A stretch of 63,924 nt of DNA, the filler included, from Hausera hauseri (Eukaryota): assembly GCA_046269625.1 (NCBI GenBank). It is 10 parts of 10 records of this genome, joined end to end, with 100 filler letters (N's around TTAATTAATTAA, not from the genome) between each part and the next. Parts side by side here need not be neighbours in the genome. Positions count along the whole stretch, not along the records: positions 36,021 to 42,118 come from JBJURY010140871.1; positions 42,219 to 51,449 come from JBJURY010422142.1; positions 51,550 to 55,539 come from JBJURY010835526.1; 7 more parts are not named here. One strand, given 5' to 3'. A program made the position numbers and the translations under genes. Under the pieces are notes generated by a model that worked only from the letters and a program-made list of their open reading frames with translations, did not search any database and was not told the DNA's origin. This document shows, in pieces, positions 38,811-52,020 of the stretch; the first letter of the stretch is position 1; every line of letters starts with the position of its first letter.

Positions 38811-39071
38811 AATGAAATATGCACTGCTGTCAATATTTTACATGAATATTGCCTATGATGACGAAATTCATAACGTTGTAGCAAATGGGAGTAATTATTG
38901 ATATATTCAAGTGATTTACAATGAAATGAGGGATTTTACTGTAAATATGGGCCATTTTTATAACAAATAATCAGAGAGACATGCAAAATAAAATAATGAT
39001 TAATAATATGAGAAAATTGTTGAACATTTCTTTTGTGGAATTTTTAGAATTCATAATTCAGTGAAGGTGGA

Positions 39072-39176
39072 TGTGGTGCCCACAGCGGCTGGCGCCCTCT
39101 GGCCCATTTGGTTGGGCGCAGCCGGGCTTTCGCCGCCGCCGCATCGGGCTTATAGTTGGACCCGATCTTCCGCCTC
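39072..39176 (-). repeat. GC-rich structured dispersed repeat, copy 1
   Basis: Roughly three-quarters identical by eye to 53861-53966; several stems. Confidence 0.8.
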
Positions 39177-39945
39177 TGAAACTTGTTTTACGAGGCTTAA
39201 ATTTACATTAACAATCTGTGCCATGAGGCGAACAAATACGATTAATGATTATTCTGAAGAAATTTCTTGTGTCGAGTCCATCAACACGTCTTCATCTAGA
39301 ATATAAATCAGCTTTCTAACCGTTATGAAGAAACAAACCGAAACGTTGACTTCGGGAATAAGCTTCAGGAATGATGCTACCGCGTTCATAGAGTGCTGAG
39401 GAATTATTGAGGCTTCCTGAATGAACAGCTATTAGTTTATGCGACGAAGATGATTTTACAATATTCTTATCCGCTCTATACCATTCCTATTTTAATGAGT
39501 AAAATCTTGGCCGGTGGATAATTCGATGTTGAATCACGAAAGACGTTACAACAATTCCGAAGATATTTTTGACTTTTCCGTAGCTTTATCAGAAAAATCA
39601 TCTATTTCAACCATGACAAAATGTCCTCCATTAAGTTGTCTGCAAAACTACGAATCGATTCAACCGAATACAAAGCCGTTGCTGCGGAATCACGTTGGTG
39701 TCGTAACATGTCGGATGCCGTATTTCCTGAACAGAAGTGGAAACTCATACAAAGAGGATGTATCGAACTAAAAAGCGGATTTACGACACCATTCATGGTA
39801 TGTAGAGTTGTTGAAGATCGAAATAGTTCGAATGAAAATCGCCAAAATTTCGAACTAAGCAGCGAACATTTCCCGGCATTCACAATGTTTCAACATTCAT
39901 CAGAAATCGTTTGAGTGTAACCGATTTCTTTGACGTACTAATATT

Positions 39946-40460
39946 GTGTATAATAACGTTTTTATACTTGTTATTGCCATTTGTGGTAATTTTACTTTTT
40001 CTGTTTGTGATCATATCTCGTTCAACAACGAATCACCCATAATCTACTGTTCCTTTTACGACGAGCAATTTAAAACGGTTTTTACAATAAACGTTTTAAT
40101 TTGGTTGATTTTTGTTTTCCTTCTACCGACTATAGCGTTGATAACGTTTCTGATTCAGATTATTGCAAAGTTAAGGCTAACAAATTTCAATTTACCAAAT
40201 ACGAATAATGCTCGAGAAAACATTTGCATTCATTTTATAAAGGCTTGTGTTGTAAATAGTATATTTTATTGTGTTATTTTTAGTACTGAAATTATCAACT
40301 TCATCTTGTACCGGTATGCACATATTTTATTGTTGGATATACATTTTACATATAATACGTTTCTTTTATAATTGATCAGTGTGATGAATCCATTTTTTAT
40401 CTGACATTGATTCCAGCATTTTGGGATTTCGTAAAGCAGGGCTACAATAAATTAATTTAA
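39946..40460 (+). pseudogene. Rhodopsin-class GPCR C-terminal half (TM4-TM7)
   Basis: Hydrophobic helices, ECL2 Cys, FLLP in TM5, and MNPFFY (NPxxY) just past a premature stop at 40369. Confidence 0.65.
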
Positions 40461-40795
40461 TGTAAAAATTAAAAAAAATTGTTTTAATAAAAAAGAGTAT
40501 TTGCAACCTTATGAATTCTTTTTACTCGCCATCTTTCAGATTGAAGTTTTATTTTCGATCAGACATTTCTCTTACGCCATTTTTTGGGGAATATGATTTT
40601 CAATCCGGATTTGTAACATTCAGAAACGGTTCTTATACAATTAAATCCTGTTTCTCTGAGTAGGAATTTTATTTATCAAGCATACATCGTTCTGACGAGA
40701 ATTGAAAAATTCAATATCCTGACATTTTAGTTTGCTCCCAAAACGAATGTTAACCAGATAACAAATTGGTGTCAGAGTTTATGAGAATGCCGATT

Positions 40796-41090
40796 ATGAG
40801 CAAGAAAGAACAGATTTCAACACTTATTCAGACGTCCTATCCGACCCTTCAAGATGAATTATTTGATCATGTGAATGATATTTCAAGTGAAAACGCTGAT
40901 ACATTTGTGTGTGTTGCTGAGATAAAGGAAGCCATTGAAGGTATATTAAATGAAGTTGATTCTACAAAATCTGAAAACGATGTCCTTCCTTTATGTGAAG
41001 ATATTTTCAAAATCTTAAATATCGAAGGCAATCAAGTTAAACAGCTGATTTTACTGAACAATCCACTTCCTATTAGTGATTTAGTCGATA
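40796..41090 (+). pseudogene. ABCF3/GCN20-like N-terminal domain fragment
   Basis: LIQTSYPTLQDELFDHV...F..V.EI.EAI.GIL.EV...K.E.DV..LC..I...L...LLNNPL.IS resembles the ABCF3 N-terminus; no ABC cassette follows. Confidence 0.5.
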
Positions 41091-41599
41091 AAACAAAGCA
41101 AAAGAAACAAAAAAAGAAAAAAACTGATGGAATGCATACATTATTGATTAGTCCGCAATTCAGTCGAAATAATAATTTGAATGAAGCAAATACAGATTGT
41201 AGCAGCGGTGATGGCAAAACAACAATCCCTTTGATGATCCAATTGTTTTGGTCAATACTGCCGTAAGAACTTGTAAGGCTCAAACTGGAGTAGATTTGTC
41301 GAGTTGCAAAATTTGGTACAAATTTTTAGAAATACATTACCATAGAGATAAACATGATAATAAGAAAGTAGAAAGTGATCAGGGGGATAGCATTATTGAA
41401 ACAGTTGTAATATTCATCCCGAATATTTGGATTGTACCCCTACAGATGTACAATGGAATGACGGTAAACAAATGTTTCTTCATAAATTTCAAAGTTTGAC
41501 AAAAGTTACGGTACGCCATAGAGAAGAGGAAAAAGAACGACGGAATACTTCTATGAATTTTAAAAAATCAATTTTCAGCGTTAATCATTCTCAGGAGAA

Positions 41600-41759
41600 A
41601 ACAATATACGAACGACCAAATTACAGTTATACACAATTGATTTACATGTCCATCGAAAGTTCTCCACAGAAAGCTTTAACAGTCAATGAAATTTACCAAT
41701 GGTGTGAACAAAATTTTGATTATTTTGCCCATGCTATACATGGATGGAAGAATTCTCTG
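41600..41759 (+). CDS. Forkhead DNA-binding domain exon (first two-thirds; FoxN/FoxP-like)
   Basis: RPNYSYTQLIYMSIESSPQKALTVNEIYQW...F.YF....GWKNSL followed by a GTATGT donor at 41760. Confidence 0.85.
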
Positions 41760-41899
41760 GTATGTTTGCTGAATCAGAATTGGATCGTTTGAAATTACTC
41801 ATTGAAAAGTAAACAACAGTTGTAGTAAATTTTTTATTATTCAAAATATTTATTTGGAAACAAATTTGCCAAATTTAAATCAGACTTTTAATTTGAATT

Positions 41900-42118
41900 T
41901 AGAATTTTTGTTTTCGATTATATCCTCACATCTCCCTTTTGTAAGAATCTTCGTAGCTTCTCTACGTTTCTCTCCAAGGTTTGGCCGTCTTCATGTCGTA
42001 GTACGTATCGCCTGCCGTGAACTTTCTCAATGATCGTGTATGGGCCTTCGTATTTGTCTTTCTCCTTTGTTCCGGATTCTTTCCGTACCAGCACCTGATT
42101 CCCTACTTCAAACGTTCT
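41900..42118 (-). mobile_element. Gypsy integrase C-terminus, PPT and LTR start
   Basis: FEVGNQVLVRK...KYEGPYTIIEK...RNVEKLRRF; AAAAGGGAGA then TGTGAG starting at 41930. Confidence 0.75.
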
Positions 42119-42218
42119 NNNNNNNNNNNNNNNNNNNNNNNNNNNNNNNNNNNNNNNNNNNNTTAATTAATTAANNNNNNNNNNNNNNNNNNNNNNNNNN
42201 NNNNNNNNNNNNNNNNNN

Positions 42219-42364
42219 TGGTGAACAGGACAAACCAAATCTGTCTTTGAGGGGCGGTAGAGGTGACCCTTCTGGCAATCGGATATGATACTTTTGAATA
42301 ATGGTTGATATGAATAGGAACAGCTCCATCTTTGCTAGGGCTTCCCCAAGGCAAGAACGCCTTC
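42219..42364 (-). CDS. Cytochrome P450 terminal exon (heme-binding region, CYP2-clan-like)
   Basis: tttcacag acceptor, then GRRSCLGEALAKMELFLFISTIIQKY. Confidence 0.9.
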
Positions 42365-42789
42365 CTGTGAAAAGAATATTTATACCGTTAAATATGGTGA
42401 TTTTCTCGCTAGATAACCCATGCATATTCAAACTTGTATGGATTCACGTCACAGGATCAGTCAATTTCATTATTTCTGTGCGATGGTTCTGTTTAGATAA
42501 ATGCAACCTTCGCCATGCTAGATTTCGTAGGGAGCTATTGAACTTGTTAGGGCATTCTAAAACAGCTCCAAAATAATAACTGACACGACGATGTTTACGT
42601 CTGTCCATGCCGGGCCACCACAACCCTAAATGAAACCAATGGTACATTGGCGTGTATTCACACACTTTTAAAACATTAATTGGTGATCTATCAAGACAAT
42701 CGTCCTATGGTGTATATTACCTTTAAGGAAAACATGAAATTACTCCTATATTCTATATGATTCGATTAATCTTAAATGGGAAAATGTTA

Positions 42790-43482
42790 TGTTATACTGG
42801 CAGTAAATAATGCGCATTCATACTTTTACGGTGTATTAATTTTTAGAAGAAAAAGGATCTGAAGAATTAAATATGTATTTTTACGTAAATCGTACAAAAC
42901 AATGATGAGCCACCCAACTGTAAAAATAAATTCAAACAACAGAAAAACAAAACTACACAAATTTATACTAAAACTTACTTAAGTATAAGTAAATTTCTAT
43001 TTTAGAAATTTCTCTTAACTTCAATAACAAATTCCACAAATTTTCTAGACAGATGAATTTTTGACGATAATTATTTGTGTGTGAAATGATTTTCCTCTCC
43101 TTATTTATATCACTTTTTACCAATATGAATTTAGCGCCGGCGCCAACCACGAATTTAATAAAAATTCAAGCTAGCCGCGCGCGCTATTTACAAAATTTAA
43201 GGTCTGACTAGTGCAACTAGTCTAGACACAATCACAACATTATTGTTCGGTAATGAGACACTGTATACATAAAACATTTTCCATTAATAATTGATTGTTT
43301 TTTCCGGCAATCTCATCGATTAACCTGACTTAGTAATTGATTATAAGTCATACAACATGCGATTACCAACGATTTGGTTATTAACAATTATGATTATATA
43401 ATTAATTCTAGTTAAATTTATCAATCCGTTTCCAACCTAACTTATACTATGTACAATTGTCATGATGGGTGCTTTTATAACA
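42790..43482 (-). repeat. 3' LTR (~690 bp)
   Basis: PPT AGGGAGGTGAAA (43494-43483); terminal 7-bp inverted repeat TGTTATA...TATAACA. Confidence 0.75.
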
Positions 43483-43649
43483 TTTCACCTCCCTGAGTTG
43501 CGAACTCGGATACATTGCCGATCTCAGTAAAGAATCCACGGACGTCCGGTCTTCTCAAAAGATTTAATCGCCTACGTAAGCTTGTTTCTGAATATATCCA
43601 TGGATTGGATTCTAGGAAATAACTAGTACTTGGCCTATCCGGTCAGATG

Positions 43650-45217
43650 TTTATGGTCCGGTTAGTTTTGCCATTAGCAAAATACTGTAACTTCGTTGCT
43701 TGTGCTCGACACACATGGCATGTCGTCTTACCATTTTCTAACGTCGAGGTTTCTAGGCAACTCCTACAATATTTATGCCTGCAGTCGATGTTTACTAGAA
43801 TCAGGTGTCCTTGCTTTAGACTTGCTTCACAAACAGGGCACTCGTCGTTCTAGTCATCTAGGTCTACATCCGCCACGATTCCGATATGCTCCATAACCAT
43901 ACCTTTTCGATCTTGGTGCAGGTACCCAAATAACCCCTTTTGCTTAGGGTCGATTGAATTCCTCTAGGCCATTTTTTACGGCAGTTAGGGTCCATTCGAC
44001 GACGTCTTGTTTGTCGAGGTCCAATATACCCGTTTGCTTGTATTGCCTCTTCATTTGTATTTTCACTTGGTTGTCTACGGGTACTGTTAATCTTTTGTCC
44101 AAATTTTTGAACGAAAAATGGGCGCCAAATATCTCCCTTCTCTGGTATGTTCATTTTTGAATTTGTCGCTTGGGCACCATGTGCACGTCAAAGAGGGCCT
44201 CTTTAATTTTCTCGTGGATAACATATTCCGTCATTACTAAACTTTTAGGAAATTCTGTGATTTGGCCGACTTCTGAGGACTTCTCTATTTCTCTAGGCAC
44301 GCTGGTTTTCCTTAGGACGTTTGCTTCGGTCGTTCTGGTTTTCGGCGTTATTTTCCTCGCTCTCTGGCAGCTAGATCGGAATAAGAGATCTTTGTCCTTT
44401 TTGTTCCTTGTTTGTCACTGATTTTATACTTCGACCGTTTAGGGTGTATCCTGGAGGTCATCGGTCGTTCTGTCTTAATCATCCTGCGTAATTGGGGTTA
44501 TGTAGGAGCTGGTACTACGATCGTTGTTTTTGGTTTTTATTCCTATTATACTTTCGAAGAAAGAAGGTTTAGACTTTCCTGTTTCCCTCTCGGTTGCTTT
44601 TGTCTCCCTTCGATTGTTTGAATAACGCTCTGATATTTCCGGATATTCGGACTTCCCTGATGGTTTGACGGTGGTTGCTGCTTTGCAAAGAATTCTTTGT
44701 TTTACTGCACGGTACGAGGAGGGCCTTCAGTGGTCATTTTTTCAGTTACTATGGTGACTTGAAAATGATTACCCTCTCTGGGACTCATTAGTCGCTTCTG
44801 GGAATAAATGTAGAATCCTCGCCGGTATTTTTGATTTAGTTTTGTTGTGTTGGTTGAACTTTGGATATTTTGCTTTGGGTTTACTGGTGACCATTCGTGG
44901 TCCTATCATAGAGATGTATAGATGTTTCTCACGTACTAAGTTCGTTGGCATAAGTTCGTTTAGGGCATATGTTCGGGCGTCTGAACTTTTTTCAGAGTTT
45001 AGTCGAACTATCCTCTTTTCTTGGGTAATCCATTTCAGGATGTTTGGTATTTGATTTTCTTGGTTGATGTCGATGTACGATTCTTTTTTTATTCCGCGTT
45101 AATTTGTCGATAAAAACTTTTTGATGGGGGAGTATATACGGTGGCATGTTGGAAAGAGTCTTTGATATCAAAAATTGATCTGAGATCTGATTCCGTTTTC
45201 TCCGCCTTTTCGGCCAT
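43650..45217 (-). pseudogene. ORF4 with an intact C3HC4 RING (43706-43840) but without the exonuclease-like domain
   Basis: CPVC...CRHKYCRSC...TCHVC; the N-terminal domain joins DHEWSPVNP directly near 44930. Confidence 0.7.
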
Positions 45218-45315
45218 ACTTACGTTTCTGAAAAAAAAGTTAAGCCTAAAACAGATGATTGCTTTAAAACAAAACATTCGCTCTTTTGATGACAGGATTA
45301 CTTGATCTGTAGTTG

Positions 45316-46630
45316 TCAGGTTATTCTATTATAATTGTCCTCTTGGTACTTCTATCATTTACTCCTTTGTATTTTTATGACGCTTAGTATGTTTTTGTAA
45401 GCTATAGAAATAATAGCAGTTTCCATTATTAGAGCAAACATTGACAAACTCAAAGATAGTAACATCGGTACACTTATTAGTTCGGTTGACTTCCGTAGTG
45501 GCTTGTTTCAGTAGTAGTATCTTTACGCGATTCTGCATAATTTTCGCTTAAGGTTCGTAGTGTAAAAGTTTTACCTCTTTTGTCTTCTGCGGAAATTTGG
45601 ATAATGTAATCAAATATAATTTCATAATTATTTCTTAATATTACGACTTGACTACGATGTAAAGTTCGACAATTAATTTTGACATCATAACTTAGTTTTT
45701 CTTCAACGAAGAACACGATGATATACTGCTGAGCCAAGTACTTAATAGGTATGTTTTCTAATTCTCTTAGGCATTTTACTTGAGGTGACGGCTTTATTAG
45801 TAGTAGTTGGTTTTCTTATACTTATTTCGAAGGGCGGTTTCCATATTTGTTCTTCTGGATAATAGCTTCTTGGGTAAATACTCAGTTTATTGGGTCGAAG
45901 TTTATATATATCGAAATGTGTTTTATATTCGTGACCAATCGGTATTTTACAGCGCTGATTAGGTCTTCGATCTCCAACGTAGAAGTTGTTCGCCGGAAGG
46001 GTTGACTTCTTTAATTTGAACTGAATGGAGATTTGTCGCTTGTTAGTTTTTTCTTGGTTTTCATCTGGATACATCCCTTTCTCATGTCCTTACAGATCCA
46101 ATTATATTATCATCTAACATGCTTTTGCGGATTAGTGGTTTGAATCATCTGAATCATCCTATTCATTCGACTCTGAATTGGTATAATTAACCGAAATCGT
46201 CGGTCAAATTCGGGTTGAATTCCATGTATGTTTTGATAGTACATTCCAAATATGTATATATAGGAACAGCCATAATTTACTTTACAAAACCACTTCTGAA
46301 TTCCATGTGGGAAGTTAATTTCATCCAATAGTGATATCTGAAATTTTACGGACTTTCTGACAGGTTTACTTGTTTCGAACCAAACACAGCACTTTCTGAT
46401 CCATATTGCATGCTTTAATGGATTGTAAACTTTTTATATCAATTTGCTTCGCGGCTTGTTCCTCCTTTTCGGCCAACCTTTACTGTATTTTACTCTTACG
46501 AATTCCATTTATATCTTCCACTGAGGATTCATCCCGTATCCATTGGGTTTTTACTCTCGACATATATGAAGCGATTAATGATAGTGCTAAGATTATTTGC
46601 ACATATGATATCGGTCTGCAATTATGGAAG
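45316..46630 (-). pseudogene. Integrase-fused membrane protein
   Basis: YVQIILALSLIASY signal; FCKVNYGCSY; DYIIQISAE...TLRT; TM; tail YNRIT-TGA. Confidence 0.72.
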
Positions 46631-46679
46631 TTTTCTTTTCTCCTTTGCTTCGATTCTGGGTTTCGTTATTAGACTGTGG

Positions 46680-49600
46680 GTTGTAGCGTTTATTCGGTCT
46701 TATTGCTGTTTTGACCACTATTAACTGACACAACCTCTTTACCATTTTTATTAATATAAACTGTAGTTGAAGTAATATTGATAATTTCGTACGGTTCTCC
46801 TCCAGTAAGTTTCAATGAAGTGACTTAGCGACTTCATAGTGTACATCAACCCAATTACCTTGTTCTAAATCTCGCAGTTTAGCTTTTTTGGCATATTGCT
46901 TTTTAAACTGCTCTTGATATTCTCGGAATAATTCTTTTCCGATTTCCCGACACTTTTGTAATCTCGTCTCTAATACTTCAACGAAATTTTGCTCTAATTC
47001 TTCGGATTTTATCGTATAAGGTACCATCCCTAGATGTATTAGTAATATGACTTCTCTTCCATATATCATAAAAACGGTGTAAATGTGTTTGCAGGATGTA
47101 GTCTTGTGTTATTAGCAAATTGAGGGCCTTCTAAAAATTCTTTTTTGTCTTTTGCGACTACTGTTGATAGTATTCGTATGACAACTGCATGCATTCGTTC
47201 AACCATTCCGTCACATTGAGGTTGGTAAGCTGTCGTAGTTAGTCGTTCAATCTCGAATATTTTAATAATTTTGTCAAATAGTTCGCTTGTAAAATTCCTT
47301 CCTCGATCAGTGAAAATCTGTCCAGGAGATCCATATCTGCAGATCATCTTACTACAGCTTCTGCCAGGGTTTCCGCTCTTTGATCAATTAGTGCTCTTAA
47401 CTCTACAAAATGAGTTAAACAGTCAATGCACACCAAAATGTATTTGTTACTCTTGAGTCGTAGACAGTGGTCCTACAATATCCATAGATATTGCTTGCAT
47501 TGGTCTGTCGGGTACGCTGATCGGTTTGAGTTCAGCGATGTAATTCTTCACCTTTCTCTGTTTAGTTGTGCATACTTCGCAAGCGTTCACCAAATTCTTT
47601 ACATCAATATATATGCTTGGCCAATAACATTTGTTTAATATTCTTTCCTGTCTTTTTCCAAGACGTGTCCAGCTAAACGAGTCTTGTTCGGCCATTAGTA
47701 TTTCCGTTCGCAGCCTTTTTGGAATAACTACTAGTCTTCGTCCTTTGCGTTCGTAACACGAAATATTTTCATTATTCTTGTAATCTGATACACTATATTG
47801 ATAACCATGTCTGTAAATGTTTTCGTAATTGGTGGTCTTTCGGCACGATATCTGCAAATCTAATAATCTGTTGGATAACTTTATCCTTGTGCTAACTCAA
47901 AATTTTGATAGCTTTATTTACCGTTAAGGCTCGTTATCTGTCCTCTAGTTCTTCAAGTTGAGCTTTTTTCATTGCAGTAACCGCACTTGATTTTGTTTTT
48001 AATCTCGATAAGGCACCAGCATAGACATGTTTACTGCCAGGTTTATACTGAAATTCAATATTATACCGTGAGATTTCGATCCATCTGTTTAGTCTACATG
48101 TCGGATTATTTGCCCGTCCTTTCAAAGTTGTAACAGCCTTGCGATCGATAACAATTATAATTTTCTGTCTGCATACATAAACGTTAAAATGCAGTATGGT
48201 TTCTTTTATCGCCAATGTTTCTAGTTCTGTGACTGAGTAATTTTTTTCGGCTTTTAGTAATTGTCCTCCATAAACAATTGAGTGCTCTAATTCTTCATCA
48301 TCCCTTTTTTGTGCTAACTATATCCAATTCCTTCTTCATTAGCGTCAGTTTTAATTATAAAAGGTAGACTAAAGTCAGGGTTGCTCAAGAATGGTTCACT
48401 TGTTAACATTTTCTTCATCGAAAGCTTTCTGTAGAAACCTGTCCATTTCCACTTAATTCCTTTTTAAACTAAACGATGTGATGGTGCATTTATTTTCCAA
48501 TTATCTGGAACGTAAGTAGTATAATATCCGCATAAGCTTAACCAATGTCTCAGCTCATTTTGGTTCTGTAGTTTCATACAATTTGATATCTTGTTTAATA
48601 ATGATTTGTCAGGTTTTGATCATCCCTCTCCAACTATATATCTAAGATAGGATGTGGCATTTTGGGCCCATTTACATTTTTAGGATTTAGCTTTAATCTA
48701 TCTTGTTCCAATCTTATGGGTGGATCTGATATCTTCCGTGTTTGACGCGATCATTACGTCGTCCAGATATGCGAATGCATGTTTAAGTCACATTAGGATT
48801 TTATTCATCATTCGGGTGAAAATAGCTGGTCTGGTTGTAGTGCCAAATGGCATGACATTGAATTCGTGTACATCATTATGAGTTTTAAATGCCATCGTAT
48901 AACGGTCCTCGCATTTCATCTCCACTTGCCAGTACCAAGATTGTAAATTGAAAGTGGTAAACCATTTTGCTCCAGAAAGTCTATCTAGAACTTCTTTCAC
49001 AAATAGCGGTGGGAAATGGCCTTTCATCATCAAGGTATTCAAGACTTCATAGTCGATACGAAATCGGTATTATCTGGAACCTTTGTTTTTAATCATAAGT
49101 ATAGATGAATACCAAGATCAATGACTCGGTGTAATTATGTCGGCTTTAAGCATTCGTTTAACTTCTTGTTATTTTGAGTCTTAACGAATGTAGTGGGAAT
49201 ACCATTTCGGTATCTTTTGATCTTCAATAACAATCCCATAGTTTGATCCAGGATTTTCTTAAGCTGGATTGTTAATCTAGGAGCTTTAGCTCTACCAACA
49301 TCGTCTTCACGTCTGGAGATAATTGATTTATAACAGCACAAAAGACTAAAATCGAAAATAAACTTCAGGCAAAAAATTAGTTTCGACATGACGTGGAAAG
49401 TCAGTGCATGTGTAAGCTTTTTCCTTAATAATTTTTGACGATACCTTATATGATCGAAGGTGATGTTAGCGTAAGGTTTACTTGGCATTGATGCATTGTT
49501 AACTAATCTGATCGGCACATGGCCTGATGATACTCTTCTTAATACATTACTGAGTACAATACTTGGGTCAACATTTCTTTGGGCTCGAAATATACTGGCT

Positions 49601-50070
49601 GATCATCTTGACAAATCTGTGCACATATCAACGTCTCTGTTCTAGATGGGATATTTTCGTCCACCGGAGTCACTACTTTTACGGATTTTCTATTTTTGAT
49701 AGTTTTATCCTTTTGATTGATTCAAGTTCTATTAACTTTCCCGCGTGAAAATCTATTGCCACATTTGGCAATTGGCTTTATAAATCTCATTCTAATGTCA
49801 TATCGTCGGTTAACTGCTCCAATATCGAGAATTCGTAATGAAACGATAGTCCAATCATGTGGATTTAGGGATTCAATCTGTATTTACATCTCAATGACTG
49901 TCCAAAAGCTCAAATATTTCCTCAATCTGTTGCTGGTGGTGGACAATTGTTTCCTTAAATTTTGTGGCAGAGTCATGTTTGATCAATATTTCAGATCCTG
50001 TGTCATTTAGTGCATACAATTCCGAGTCTTCAATACGGATTTTAGCGAAAGATATTCGAAAGATAATTAT
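46680..50070 (-). pseudogene. pol: Gypsy pol (PR-RT-RH-IN)
   Basis: YALNDTGS, WYWQV, MPFG, YLDD, IKTDA, MDIVGP, TDRGRNFTS. Confidence 0.93.
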
Positions 50071-50699
50071 TGTTCCCTAACAATTCGGTGATACTTTATG
50101 ATGTTTAATTAGTGATACTTTATATCCGTTGATTTTGATTTCTGTGGCTATAACCGTTTGGTTAACTAGTTGTCACATTTCTTCATTTGGATATAATTCA
50201 TTCTGCATGCAATTTATCGCTTTTGTTTCTTGGTTTCTAATGATTGTTTGCGGTCCTTGGTTTCTGAAGGTTCGCATTTGTTGGTCTCTAAAAAAGGTCC
50301 ACCTGACTTTATTGGTTCTAGCTATCCTCGAGAATACCATATTCTATAAACTTCAACTGATTGACACTGTAAGAAACGGATGCTTCTCTCATTCCATGCA
50401 TATTCCGTAATACGCGCTGTTTCGTTCCTTCATAAGGAAACGCAAGATTGAATGGTTTTTTATAGAATTCCGTTTTGCCCGAACTCATTGATCGTTAATT
50501 CACATGTTGACACATTTGATATCATAGGTAGCGGCAGTTTTATACCAGGGTATGCTCTTTTCTACCCGCTTCGGAGACGATGTCTCGTCCCTTAGACTCG
50601 TCATCGTCTGATTGTTTCTTGGCGTTTTTAACTTAATGAATTTTCGTTCGTACTTGAATGTATGCCTTCTTTGTCATTTGCGATTGTGGTTGCCCACAT

Positions 50700-51449
50700 G
50701 CCGTTCCACATCGGTTTTCCATTTATTTTTTTCATAAGCCTTTACGAATTTACCAAAAGGTTTTATGATCGCCGTTAAATCCTGTCAAAGTAAATATCTC
50801 GTCCGTTTATAATTGCCGTTTTGACTAGTTCTATAAAAAAAGATTGTCAAAATCCCGGATGCGGCTTGCCCAAAAATACACATCCCCAGATTTTATACAA
50901 GATTTCTGTGGTTATTCTTTGACAATGGTTAGTACTCAGTAACGATTCCCATTTCGTTTGATAGCGAGTATCCTCTAACACAGTATACACAGCCCGATTT
51001 AATTCTTTATTATGTTGACGTGGAAAAGAAAGAAACTGTGTAAAGGATTCGACTTCCTTTAGTCTATAAATGGCCTTATTTGCAGTATCATCTGTTATTC
51101 CTTTTAACAAGTTGGTTTCTGTCAATTTACTGAGTGGCGTGGTTATGCTCCATTGGCAAACTTACCCTGTCAGTTTCGCTACATCTGAACATAGGTTTTT
51201 CTAGATTTGCCTTACATTCTTTTAAAATCGTCGGCTAAATTGAATGAGCAAGCAGAATTCTGGTAAATGGCATCGCCATTTTTTGCATATTCTGGTATAA
51301 AACAGGAAGTTCCTGTATATATCTCTATTCTTCTACATTAATTAGGACATCTCTTTTCTCATATTCATAAGTCAACAAAACTTCGCCACTAACTAGACTG
51401 AAAATACCTTCTCTCATTGAAATTACAGGTGATGCTAAATCGGGCTTGG
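50700..51449 (-). pseudogene. env: Chuvirus-like glycoprotein C-terminal half
   Basis: GEVLL...ELPVLY...PFTRIL; DTANKAIY...FLSFPRQ...LN; EILYKIWG. Confidence 0.8.
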
Positions 51450-51549
51450 NNNNNNNNNNNNNNNNNNNNNNNNNNNNNNNNNNNNNNNNNNNNTTAATTA
51501 ATTAANNNNNNNNNNNNNNNNNNNNNNNNNNNNNNNNNNNNNNNNNNNN

Positions 51550-52020
51550 GCTTGTTGAGGGGATACTGGTGCTTCTTGTAGACATCACGATTTCTTTTTT
51601 GGACCGATGAAACTGGTTCAAGTGGTTCTTGTGCTCATTGTAAAATTGTTCATAGTTGATTTGACCATCAACTATAGAACAACCGGGACATACATAGAAC
51701 CGTTTATTGCGCACCGTTGTTGTAATGCCATAGTACTGCTCCATTGCACTATGGCAACCATCAACGTCGTGCACTGTACTTGTACAGTACTGTGGGTACA
51801 TGGGGCAATGCACTAGCATCATCTTCGACTGTGTAAACGGTCCGAGATGATGCTTGTGCATCTCATAAAAATCTGGATACAAACATTGGGCTGAAATATT
51901 ATTACACGTCGGACACAGATATATGTCCGGACCAATGTTGTAACATTTCGACATCTGTTGATAACACGGATCCCTTCCGCATGTATGCGAGAGACACAAT
52001 ACATGCGATATTGTTTGCAT
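51550..52020 (-). CDS. Cys/His-rich protein with an internal tandem repeat (putative zinc-binding), 3'-truncated
   Basis: YLCPTC...Y.DFYEMHKHHLGPF..SK and YVCPGC...Y.QFYNEHKNHLNQF..SK. Confidence 0.55.

Larger units (their letters stand above)
42790..51449 (-). mobile_element. Fourth copy of the env-bearing family (glycoprotein C-half to complete 3' LTR)
   Basis: Colinear with 8080-17336: G, LNDTGS, YLDDVMIAS, RH, IN, surface protein, ORF4, RING, PPT, LTR. Confidence 0.92.

Noticed and set aside
39500-39900. Integrase-like FRKYGIRHVTT...SNG on the minus strand
   Set aside because: Single short motif, too degraded to annotate
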